From: Chiloscyllium plagiosum
Lineage: Eukaryota
NCBI RefSeq assembly: GCF_004010195.1
Contig: NC_057719.1
Location: forward strand, 64,465,004-64,529,003
Direction: 5' to 3'
Length of the DNA stretch: 64,000 nt
The notes under the pieces were generated by a model, which saw only the letters and a list, made by a program, of their open reading frames with translations, had not been told where the DNA came from and searched no databases. The position numbers and the translations under genes are program-made. This document shows positions 24,964 to 34,521 of the stretch, in pieces. Position 1 is the first letter of the stretch. The number at the start of each line of letters is the position of its first letter.

Positions 24964-26402
24964 GATCGTGGCTGGTCAAGTGGTGACGCCAATGCCTCTA
25001 TGTCCCGGAAACCAAGAAATTTTCTTTATCAAGTGCATTACCATTACCAGCACTGTAAATGCATTTTTGAACGACTCAAATTTGCCACCCTGTTTCGTAG
25101 TTCATTCTCCTCCTCTCTTGTCTCTAGCAGCCAGCAGCAGAATCTGCATCATCTCCACCTTGAGATCAGTCCCTCAGGACAACACCTCCTCTTCCACAGG
25201 TCTGAGGGTACACCAGCAAGGTTGGCACCGGCATACTCTATCAGCTCTGATACTGGTATCTTGAGCATTAGCTGGAGTAGAATCACAGTAACATACTGGT
25301 GCCACATCACTGATATGTCTCCACAGCTGGCTGAGGGAGGAATGCCCCAGGTCACTGGCACTCAGAGGACTGATGGAGACTAGCCTAGTCCAAGCAAGAG
25401 GGGATCTCATAATGTTGGCCATTAGTAACGTCAATGAATGCAGAAGCAACAACAGGAATAGTGAATACGTTTATCACAGACAGTTGGGACATTGAATCAA
25501 AGGTGAAGGAATCTATCAATGTTGCATCTGACATGTGAGAATGTGGCTGTCTCAGGACACTCCAGGGATGCCAGGCCCCTCAATCTTCACTTTGCCTGCC
25601 ATCCCCAAACCTGTGGGATTTTTAGTCAAGGAGAGTGAGCCTCCATTGGGCAGGACACTCTCAGCATTTCTGAATCTCCAGCCACAAACGTCTCTCTAGG
25701 CTTGTTCACCCAAATCGTCCAGGCTAAATAATTCCTCCAACCTGGCTGTGGACTCCAGGACTGCATCGAGATATAATGGGAGGGCAACAGAAAATAAAAC
25801 ACACAGGTGGTATATAGGTGTTACTGCATTGCAAATGCAACCTCACATTTGTAACTCTTCCAATAGATAAAGTAATCAAAACTGTTCACATTATTCCAGC
25901 TGTGGTTTAACCAGTGCCTTTATTGGTTTCACAGGACTTGTGTATTGTTAGATTCCATTCTATTTGAAATAAAGGCCAACATTCCATTTGCCTTTCCAAT
26001 TAGCCCATAATTTGGATGTTAATATATGGAACCTGTCTGACTGTCGAGTTAGCTACAGCAGCAGATTCACTGGAGATCATTTCAGAGTTAAGCAGCCTCT
26101 TCATACACCCTCAGAGGATAGAGGTTATAGAGGGGGGGCATCTCTCAGGACCATCCTGGATAGCAACAGATTTTAGCCATTCTTTAAACCTTACATCATG
26201 ACTGCGACAAAGACTCAGATCCAGATATTTTATTGTAAAAGATGAAGTCAAATTACTTTTACTTAGAAACGGAAAAATACTTAGAGTTAATTACTCTAAA
26301 TATCAAACTTTACCTCCAAAAGTGTAATGTTACGACACTAATTTTTTCGCATTTCTTTATTGTGATTTGTGTTGAATAAAAAGATTCTTCAAACTTTAGA
26401 AG

Positions 26403-27110
26403 TGAAGTGGGAGATGGCAGGGGGCAGGGTGACACTAAGCACATGGTCACACAAGATGGCTGCTGAACCATCAGTTGGCCACTTGACACATAAGATGGCT
26501 GCCAAGCCACAATATGGAGAGAGATAGCAGAGCAAATGCAGACACTGTCTGGGGCCACCAGAATGCCAGCACAATGCACTCACAACCTGGTTGATTAGTT
26601 TAAGGTAGGTGGGGGAGACAATTCACATGAGTAACGTACACTGCTCGCCGAAGTGTCTGGTCCAGCCAACACCTTTGATAGAAATGCTAACAGCTTGACT
26701 CGGATCAATACAGAGTGCTAAAAGCCAGGTCTGCAGTAATCATCCTTCTCAAGAAGAGCGCTTAGCGCCCATTACTACAGCAATGGACTTCCACGCAGAC
26801 ATTGAAACTGACAATGTCTGTGCTGAAACTAACAACAACCGCGCTGAAATCAACAAAGGCTGTGTTGGAACTGACAATGACTGCACCAAAACTATCAATT
26901 ATTCTGCAATGATTACCATAAACAAACCATGCTACAAAGACAAGGTATATAAAAATATCTTGACATGTGCTCCAGGTTGAGAGAAGATTCGCAGCTGACC
27001 ATTGTGCTGTTGGTATCTTTCTCTCCCCGAAGCTCTGGTATTTCCTTGAACAATAAACTCTGTCATTGAACCCCGTTCTGACTCCAAGGCTGGTGATTTT
27101 CCCCATAACA
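26403..27110 (+). repeat. ERV 5' LTR
   Basis: TGAAGTGGG...CATAACA; TATAAAAA at about 26948 and AATAAA at about 27051; homologous to 33592-34330. Confidence 0.92.
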
Positions 27111-27112
27111 GT

Positions 27113-27130
27113 TGGCATTGTGAACAGGGT
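27113..27130 (+). promoter_or_regulatory. Primer binding site, tRNA-Ser(CGA)-like
   Basis: TGGCATTGTGAACAGGGT two nt after the LTR, versus TGGCGCTGTGA(G/A)CAGGAT expected for tRNA-Ser(CGA) from recall; the differences are transitions. Confidence 0.65.
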
Positions 27131-27887
27131 TCTTATTAATGGTGCCCTGGTCGAAGGCCACGAGCAGGGAGCTGGGGCAAGAACCAATTTGTCCTTGCAA
27201 ATGGGAAGGGTCAAACCGGGTCAAACACGCAGTTTAAAAGGTATACCGATTGTAATGTCTGATTTGCTGCACTACTGAGTTAAAAATTCTTTTTACTGCA
27301 TGTCTGTGGAGAATAAGTGCTTAACAGTATTAACTTCTGTAAGAACCTGCTGCTTGTGCTGAAACAGCCAGAGGACAGGGCAATGCCTGCTGCCCTAAAC
27401 CGGTTGTTAAGAGGGGTAGTCCCCATGCGAAGGTTGGGATTTGAAGTGGGAATTGAGGCACCGAGGGCACTCGGAGTTGTGAAGCACAAGTGGCAAAGTC
27501 AGGTAACATTGGACTCTGTCGGGACGAACAATGCAGAGTCCAGTTAAAGTTTAAGTTAAAAGTTGGGTGCTGTTTGTACTTTAACTTCCAATGTGGTGAG
27601 GAAATGGAGCTGATCACTCTGACCAAGAGCTAAACGTTAATGGAGCACATGTTACCAAGGTGGGGAGCATGGACACTGTGAGTAACCGTGATACCCTGTC
27701 AGTCCGTAGTAGAACGACAGAGCTTGAATAATGGCGGTGGGCGGAAAGGTAAAGAGTCACACCGGTAGAGAGCACGCTGGGCTACAGGAAGGTTTCTGGG
27801 CCTATCGGGAGGCGTTGGGTCAATAGAGGTGGCCGGGAGGGTAGAGAAGTCCCACCGGTAGAGAGCAAACTTTGCTAGGAGGCTGCT

Positions 27888-29310
27888 ATGGCCTTATGGA
27901 TGATGCTGGGACAGTATTATTGGCCAGGGAGTGGAGAAGTCCCCACTGGTTAGGAACACTTTACTGTTGGTGGTATCCGGGGGTACACAATCTGCTAAAT
28001 GGCAGATCAAAGTTTTAAGGGGGATACTGAAGGTTCCCTTATTGAGAAATACAAGGCAGACAGACAAGGGTACACAGAGCAAGTGAAGAAAAGTGGTTGG
28101 TACCCAATCCCAGACATTAGCATAACAGAGAGAATGGATGGATGAGCAGAAACAGAAACTAACTAAAAAGTTAGTATACCAATTAGCAAGCCTAATTGAA
28201 CAAGTGAGTGCCTCCACAAGTCGGTGGAGAAAGGACCAGGAATAAGTTAAAGAGCTGGAGGGCAGGATAAAATTTCTAGAGTACACATTAAAAAAAACTA
28301 CAAGAGGAGAGAGAAATTGACTGTCTCCCCTCCTACAAAACCATCCAGCAGGGACCAACTGCTCCCTCTGTTGGACAAACCGTACAAGAGTATAACTTAG
28401 TGCCCATTACCAGAGGATGAACAGAATCACAACCTAAAGCGAATTATAAACTCTTCATCCCAGGGGAGAGGCAGCAGATTATGGCCTCCCTGGGCAAAAT
28501 ACAGCCCCAGAGCGCAAACACCAGGTTCTGGGAAGAGCTGGATTGTGTATGGGTAAGGCACCAACTACACCTGAGGGACTTTCACCAGCTGGTCCGGGCA
28601 GCTTGCCCAGCGGACAAGTGGAGGCAGGTAGTTGGTGGACCCAACGCCACAGTAGTCCAAGACTTTTGGGCAGGACAATGGATACATGCCATTGCCCTCA
28701 CAGCTGAGATAGATGCCCAGCAGACCCCCTTCACCGACTTTAAAGAGGAAATCCAGAGGGTGCTAGGAAATGCTCCCACGAACTGGAGCAGGATCATGAC
28801 CACTAGGCAACTTAAAGAGAAAGGAGCCTCTGAATATGGGGAACGATTATTTAGGGTCTATCAGGAATGCTCAGGGTAAGCAAACCCAGATCAGGGGGGA
28901 CCGGGCATTCATCCAAGCTTTTAAAGATGGGCTCTCTATCGCCCACCAAGCCATCCTGAAAATAGGAGTAATTATGTCAATGGGATTATGATGACCTAGT
29001 CGAGTGGGCTAGCAGGATGCAGGAGGCAGAAGCTCCTGCAATAAAGGCAAGACCTGACAAAGCACCCTCCTGGAATGCAGGCAAGAGTAGAATGAAATGA
29101 TCCTGTCACAACTGTGGCTGGCAGGAACACTTTGCTAGAGAGTGTAGGGTCCCACGAGCAGGAGATAGACGAGGGAACAATGTAAAATACTGCAGCCACT
29201 GCAAAAGAACAGGACACATGGAAACAGTATGCTGGGAAAAGCATGGGGCACCCCCAAACACCATCCGGAACAACACGGAACCGCGGGAATCTTGTGGTCA
29301 GCAGAGCTGA
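27888..29310 (+). pseudogene. gag: ERV gag (disrupted)
   Basis: Coiled-coil region, CA-like RQLKEKGASEYGERL, two CCHC knuckles CHNCGWQEHFAREC (29104-29145) and CSHCKRTGHMETVC (29191-29232), TGA at 29308-29310; start position approximate. Confidence 0.85.
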
Positions 29311-31538
29311 CAACCAGTTGCCCGCATTCATGAGGATAAAGGAGAGGGGAGAATTTACGTATCTGCAGTAATAGGAGGGAGGAAATGTGAAATGATAGTA
29401 GACACAAGAGCAGCTTTATCCATTACAAGCTTACCCTTACCCCACACAAATAAAATGGTTCACTTAATTGGGGTAGGAGGGGATAGAAACCCAGCTTACC
29501 TAAGCAAAACGACCCTCGTAGAAATAAGCAATATATATATCCCCATGAGATTCTATGCATGCCAAAATAACGAGGGCAACATAATGGGCAACAATCTCAT
29601 GAAATAATATAATGTTCTAATTGATTATGCAAAAGGGAAATTGATTTGGCCCAGACAGGACGGTCAGAAGACTGAGATTGGGAAACTTATCTCCAGCATC
29701 TGCAGTCCTCACTTTCTCCTCAAACTTACAAGTCACCTTGAAACTATCAATGTGGCTACCGTCACCAACAGGGACTGGAAGCTCGAAAAGGGGGTATTCG
29801 GAGCCATCTGCACCTCCATCCCTGGAGCTTGGGTGGGAACATAGTTAGATACATAGACCCGATAAGGGTTCCCAGACCGGAGCATAAGCCCCACTGGCAA
29901 TGCCCAATAAAACCCGAAGCAGAACAAGCAGTTGTGGGGATAGTGCAAAGACTAGTGACACAGGGAATCCTGAAAAAAACCACAAGTACAACTAATTCCC
30001 CGACGTGGCCAGTACTAAAGCCTGATGGGAGCTACATTGATTATACAGGACTAAAAATGTCACTCCTAAATTGTACCCCATTGTAGCAGGCCCCTCCACC
30101 ATATTAAACTGCTTGGCCCCTAAGCACAAAATGTTTACTGTTTTAGTCATAGCCAATGGCTTCCGGTCTATTCCGTTACACCCTGAGTCCGAGAACAAAT
30201 TTGCTTTTATAGTAAGGGGCAGACAGTACACGTGGACTCGCCTGCCACAATGGTTCCACAACAGGCCCACTATTTTTCACAGGGTGACGAGCGACATTCT
30301 GAAGAGAGTAGATTTTCAGAAGGCAGCACTGCCCTCCAATATGTAAATGATATTCTGATTGCCTCAGAGAACGGGCCAGGACACCAGGAAGCTTTATGTC
30401 TAGTATTGCAGGAATTGGCAACTGCAGGGTGAAAGGCCCCACAAAGGCACAGATTGGCAAAACACAAGTCTTATACCTGGGACACCTCATATCCCAGGGA
30501 CTCAAAGAAATGTCCAACAACCGTAAGAAGGCAATCCAACAGATACCACGACCTGCCACTGTCACGGGGGTCAGAAACGTCATGGGGCTATTCAACTACA
30601 GTCAGAGCTTTATATCTGAGTTCGCAAAATTGGCTGAACCGATCCAGAGATTAGCTAAAGGAGGCAAGCCCGCCTTGGAAACTGTAACCTTGGGGCCAGA
30701 ACAGGAGGAGGCATACAGTCAGCTTAAAACTTGACTCATATCGACCCCCGGGCTAGGGCTTCCAGATCCCAGCAAGGATTTTTACATCCACTGTAATAAT
30801 GAGGGAAGGTTTTACTCTGCAGTGGTCACCCAAGACCACTGTAGCAGGAGAAGGCCCGTAGGGTACTACTCAACCACAGAAGGGCCAGGAGTCACTGGCT
30901 GCCCAGGTGTATAGCAGCCTTAGACTGTGCTGCTTGGGCTGTTAGGGTTAGCGAGCCCATAGTAATGACAGGGAGTGTCATCCTCCACACTAAGGTAAAA
31001 ACAATGACAGCAGATGCTGGAAACCAGATTCTGGATTAGTGGTGCTGGAAGAACACAGCAGTTCAGGCAGCATCCAAGGAGCTTCGAAATCGACGTTTCG
31101 GGCAAAAGCCCTTCATTAGGAATATTCCTGATGAAGGGCTTTTGCCCAAAACGTCAATTTTGAAGCTCCTTGGATGCTGCCTGAACTGCTGTGCTCTTCC
31201 AGCACCACTAATCCAGAATCCTCCACACTAAACACACCGTAGTAGAGATGCTCAACACAGTGAAACTGAGGGCCATCTCCAATATGAGAAGGGCAAAGGG
31301 AGAGGCAGTTCTTTTACCCCCCAAGTCAGTCCGTGGTAATAGTCAGGGATATGGGAGAAAACCCAGCTGAGGGAATTCCAGATGCAGGGGAACCACACAC
31401 CTGTGGGGATATAGATGGGGATGAGGATAGGAGGAGAGTAAAAGATAGCCCCTACACATAGCAGAGGAGACCCTCTTCATGGACGGGTCACGAAAATACG
31501 TAGCCGGGTCACCCCAAACAGGATGGGCTGTGGTAAAT
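29311..31538 (+). pseudogene. pol: ERV pro-pol (protease, RT, tether, start of RNase H); integrase not visible
   Basis: IVDTRAALS..IGVGG..NIMGNNL; NSPTWPVLKPDGSY, FTVLVIANGFRSIPL, QYTWTRLPQWFHN, LQYVNDILIAS; tether LGLPDPSKDF..RPVGYYS; RNase H LFMDGS..GWAVV. Confidence 0.92.
30994..31218. mobile_element. Palindromic Penelope pLTR mini-element (family A) inserted in pol
   Basis: Inverted arms centred on GGAATATTCC; duplication ATCCTCCACACTAA at 30980-30993 and 31218-31231. Confidence 0.9.
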
Positions 31539-32241
31539 GAAAATGTGTTGCTGGAAAATCACAGCAGGTCAGGCAGCATTCAACGAGCAGGATAATCGAT
31601 GTTTCGGGCATGAGCCCTTCTTCAGGAATGAGGAAAGTGTGTCNNNNNNNNNNNNNNNNNNNNNNNNNNNNNNNNNNNNNNNNNNNNNNNNNNNNNNNNN
31701 NNNNNNNNNNNNNNNNNNNNNNNNNNNNNNNNNNNNNNNNNNNNNNNNNNNNNNNNNNNNNNNNNNNNNNNNNNNNNNNNNNNNNNNNNNNNNNNNNNNN
31801 NNNNNNNNNNNNNNNNNNNNNNNNNNNNNNNNNNNNNNNNNNNNNNNNNNNNNNNNNNNNNNNNNNNNNNNNNNNNNNNNNNNNNNNNNNNNNNNNNNNN
31901 NNNNNNNNNNNNNNNNNNNNNNNNNNNNNNNNNNNNNNNNNNNNNNNNNNNNNNNNNNNNNNNNNNNNNNNNNNNNNNNNNNNNNNNNNNNNNNNNNNNN
32001 NNNNNNNNNNNNNNNNNNNNNNNNNNNNNNNNNNNNNNNNNNNNNNNNNNNNNNNNNNNNNNNNNNNNNNNNNNNNNNNNNNNNNNNNNNNNNNNNNNNN
32101 NNNNNNNNNNNNNNNNNNNNNNNNNNNNNNNNNNNNNNNNNNNNNNNNNNNNNNNNNNNNNNNNNNNNNNNNNNNNNNNNNNNNNNNNNNNNNNNNNNNN
32201 NNNNNNNNNNNNNNNNNNNNNNNNNNNNNNNNNNNNNNNNN

Positions 32242-32677
32242 AGGGAGAGGCTGAACAGACTGGGGCTGTTTTCCCTGGAGCGTCGGAGGCTGAGGGGTGA
32301 CCTTATAGAGGTTTACAAAATTATGAGGGGCATGGATAGGATAAATAGGCAAAGTCTTTTCCCTGGGGTCGGGGAGACCAGAACTAGAGTGCATAGGTTT
32401 AGGGTGAGAGGGGAAAGATATAAAAGAGACCTAAGGGGCAACTTTTTCACACAGAGGGTGGTACGTGTATGGAATGAGCTGCCAGAGGAAGTGGTGGAGG
32501 CTGGTACAATTGCAATATTTAAGAAGCATTTGGATGGGTATATGAATATGAAGGGTTTGGAGGGATATGGGCCGGGTGCTGGCAGGTGGAACTAGATTGG
32601 GTTGGGATATCTGGTCGGCATGGACGGGTTGGACTGAAGGGTCTGTTTCCATGCTGGACATCTCTATGACTCTATGA
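32242..32677 (+). mobile_element. CR1 3' end nested in the ERV
   Basis: RLNRLGLFSLERRRLRGDLIEVYK..FFTQRVVRVWNELP; CTCTATGACTCTATGA tail. Confidence 0.93.
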
Positions 32678-33518
32678 CCTCCCAAACCTGTTTTTGACAG
32701 GGATAATTGCACCCCTTACTGTACCATGCCCCGGGGGGGCATATTTGGAGAAGGATTGTGACTTGCTCCATCAGTCAGGAGTTCTGTGCTGACTGGCAGG
32801 CCCCCACCACTTTGGGATCAACATTTGGGATATGGATTCCTGGGATCTCTATCTTTGGGGAGGTGCAGCAGGGGTCATCAGTGCTGAAAACTGAAATTAT
32901 CTTGTAAGTGGCCTGACTATCCTCGGCAATAGTACTTCGAAAGCTCTGGAAGCAATTAACACAGAGCAGGCTGAACTCAGGCTCTACATACAGCAGATAT
33001 GTAATGTGGTGGATTATCAATTAGCACAGCAAGGGAGAGTTTGTACAATTGTTGGTGATAATTATATTACCTATGTTATCGATGCCTCTTATAATATTAC
33101 AGAAGCCATCAAAAATATCCGAGACCAGCTGGACAGTTTTCGATAGGGAGCCACAATTACAGACAGCTGGCTAAATTGGTTGCTGGGCAAATCTTGGGAA
33201 CCCTATCTGGCACACGGGATAGTTCTCCTCATCGCACTCATGCTGGTATTCTGTGTGGGCCTCGGGTGTTTCAAGCTCTGCTGTAAGGCATTGCTGTCGA
33301 GAACTGTACCAGCAGCAAGTGTTACCATGGAAGAAGCTGGAAATGTGTTGCTGGAAAAGCGCAGCAGGTCAGGCAGCATCCAGGGAACAGGAGAATCGAC
33401 GTTTCGGGCATAAGCCCTTCTTCAGGAAAATTAACACAGAGCAGGCTGCGATAGGGAAGAACCCCAACGGAATTGGCACTCTATGATACCCCTCGGGAGG
33501 AGGAACTTCTGGAGGTGA
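32678..33518 (+). pseudogene. env: ERV env remnant (end of SU + TM subunit)
   Basis: LVSGLTILGNSTSKALE..ELRLY..VVDYQLAQQGRVCTIVGDNYI..NITEAIKNI..WLNWLL..hydrophobic TM GIVLLIALMLVFCVGLGC; the tail resumes after a Penelope insert and ends at TGA 33516-33518. Confidence 0.88.
33336..33428 (-). mobile_element. Penelope family B pLTR fragment with intact hammerhead core, inserted in the env tail
   Basis: Minus strand CTGAAGA-AGGGC-TTAT-GCCC-GAAACGTC (about 33398-33425); GGAAGAA duplicated on both sides of the insertion. Confidence 0.85.
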
Positions 33519-33580
33519 CCTCCCTCTACGTGTAAATTGGGTGGACTGCAGGAAATCTCTGAAGTCGCTTCCTTGACCAC

Positions 33581-33591
33581 AAAAGGGGGAG
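33581..33591 (+). promoter_or_regulatory. Polypurine tract
   Basis: AAAAGGGGGAG immediately 5' of the 3' LTR. Confidence 0.9.
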
Positions 33592-34330
33592 TGATGAGGG
33601 AAATGACACGGGGTCAGGGTGACACTAGCACCTGAACACACAAGATGGCAGCTGAACCATCAGTTGGCCACTTGACACATAAGATGGCTGCTGGACCTCA
33701 ATGTGGAGAGAGACAGCAGAACATATACAGACACTGCCTGAGGCCACCAGAATGCCAGCACAATGCAGTCACAACCTAGTTGATTAGTTTAAGGCGGGTG
33801 GGGGAGAATACATATGGGTAATCTACACTGCCCGCCGAAGTGCCTGGGTCCAGCCAACGCCTTTGATAGAAATGCTGACAGCTTGATACGGACTCAATAC
33901 AGAGCGCTAAAAGCCAGGGCTGCAGTAATCGTCCTTCTCAGGAAGAGCGATTAGCGCCCATTACTACAGCAATGGACTTCCGTGCAGACATTGAAACTGA
34001 AAATGTCTACCCTGAAGCTGACAACGACTGCGCTGAAATTAACAAAGGCTGCACTGGAACTGATAATGACTGTATCGAATCTATCAATGATTCTGCAATG
34101 ATTATCATAAACAAACCATGTTACAAAGACAATCATCTCATCACTGTCCTGTTGTATCACGAGATGTATAAAAGTATCTTGACATGTGCCCCAGGTCGAG
34201 AGAAGAACCGCAACTGACCACTGTGCTATTGATGTCTTTCTGTTCCCAGAGCTCCAGTATTTCCTTGTGCAATAAACTCTATCATTGAATCCTGACTCTG
34301 ACTCTGAGACTGGTGATTTTTCTCATAACA
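33592..34330 (+). repeat. ERV 3' LTR
   Basis: TGATGAGGG...CATAACA, homologous to the 5' LTR. Confidence 0.92.
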
Positions 34331-34521
34331 GAAGGCTGTGTAAGCCAAGTCATTAAGTGTATTTAAAACAGAGATAGATAGGTTCTTGTTTGGTAAATGG
34401 GGTCAAGGGATTATGGAGTGAAGGCAGGAGAATGGGGTTGAGAAAATTATCAGTCATGATTGAATGGTGTAGCAGACTCGATGGGCTGAGTGGCCTAATT
34501 CTGTTCCTACCTTATGGTCTA
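34331..34521 (+). mobile_element. CR1 3' fragment
   Basis: GAAGGCTGTG..GATAGATAGGTTCTTG..GATGGGCTGAGTGGCCTAATTCTG tail. Confidence 0.75.

Larger units (their letters stand above)
26403..34330 (+). mobile_element. Endogenous retrovirus (degraded provirus; class III/SnRV-like pol, filovirus/ASLV-type env)
   Basis: Paired LTRs TG...CA, GAAG at 26399-26402 and 34331-34334, PBS, PPT, gag-pro-pol-env order. Confidence 0.93.

Noticed and set aside
24976..25800. Possible Harbinger-associated Myb/SANT-type remnant (also 23000-23620 and 36000-36400)
   Set aside because: Only a vague resemblance; no diagnostic motif or TIR could be shown.
26805..26909. Regularly spaced repeats as a CRISPR-like array
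   Set aside because: Head-to-tail 21-bp units without spacers inside a vertebrate LTR.
30920..31105. Recurrent short ORFs such as MPETSI..LLGCCLNCC and MCCWKSAAGQAASREQEN
   Set aside because: Translations of non-coding Penelope pLTRs, not a gene family.
26403..34330. Calling the LTR element a Gypsy retrotransposon or foamy virus
   Set aside because: Tether plus RNase H and a class I env argue against Gypsy; CCHC knuckles and the env type argue against foamy virus.
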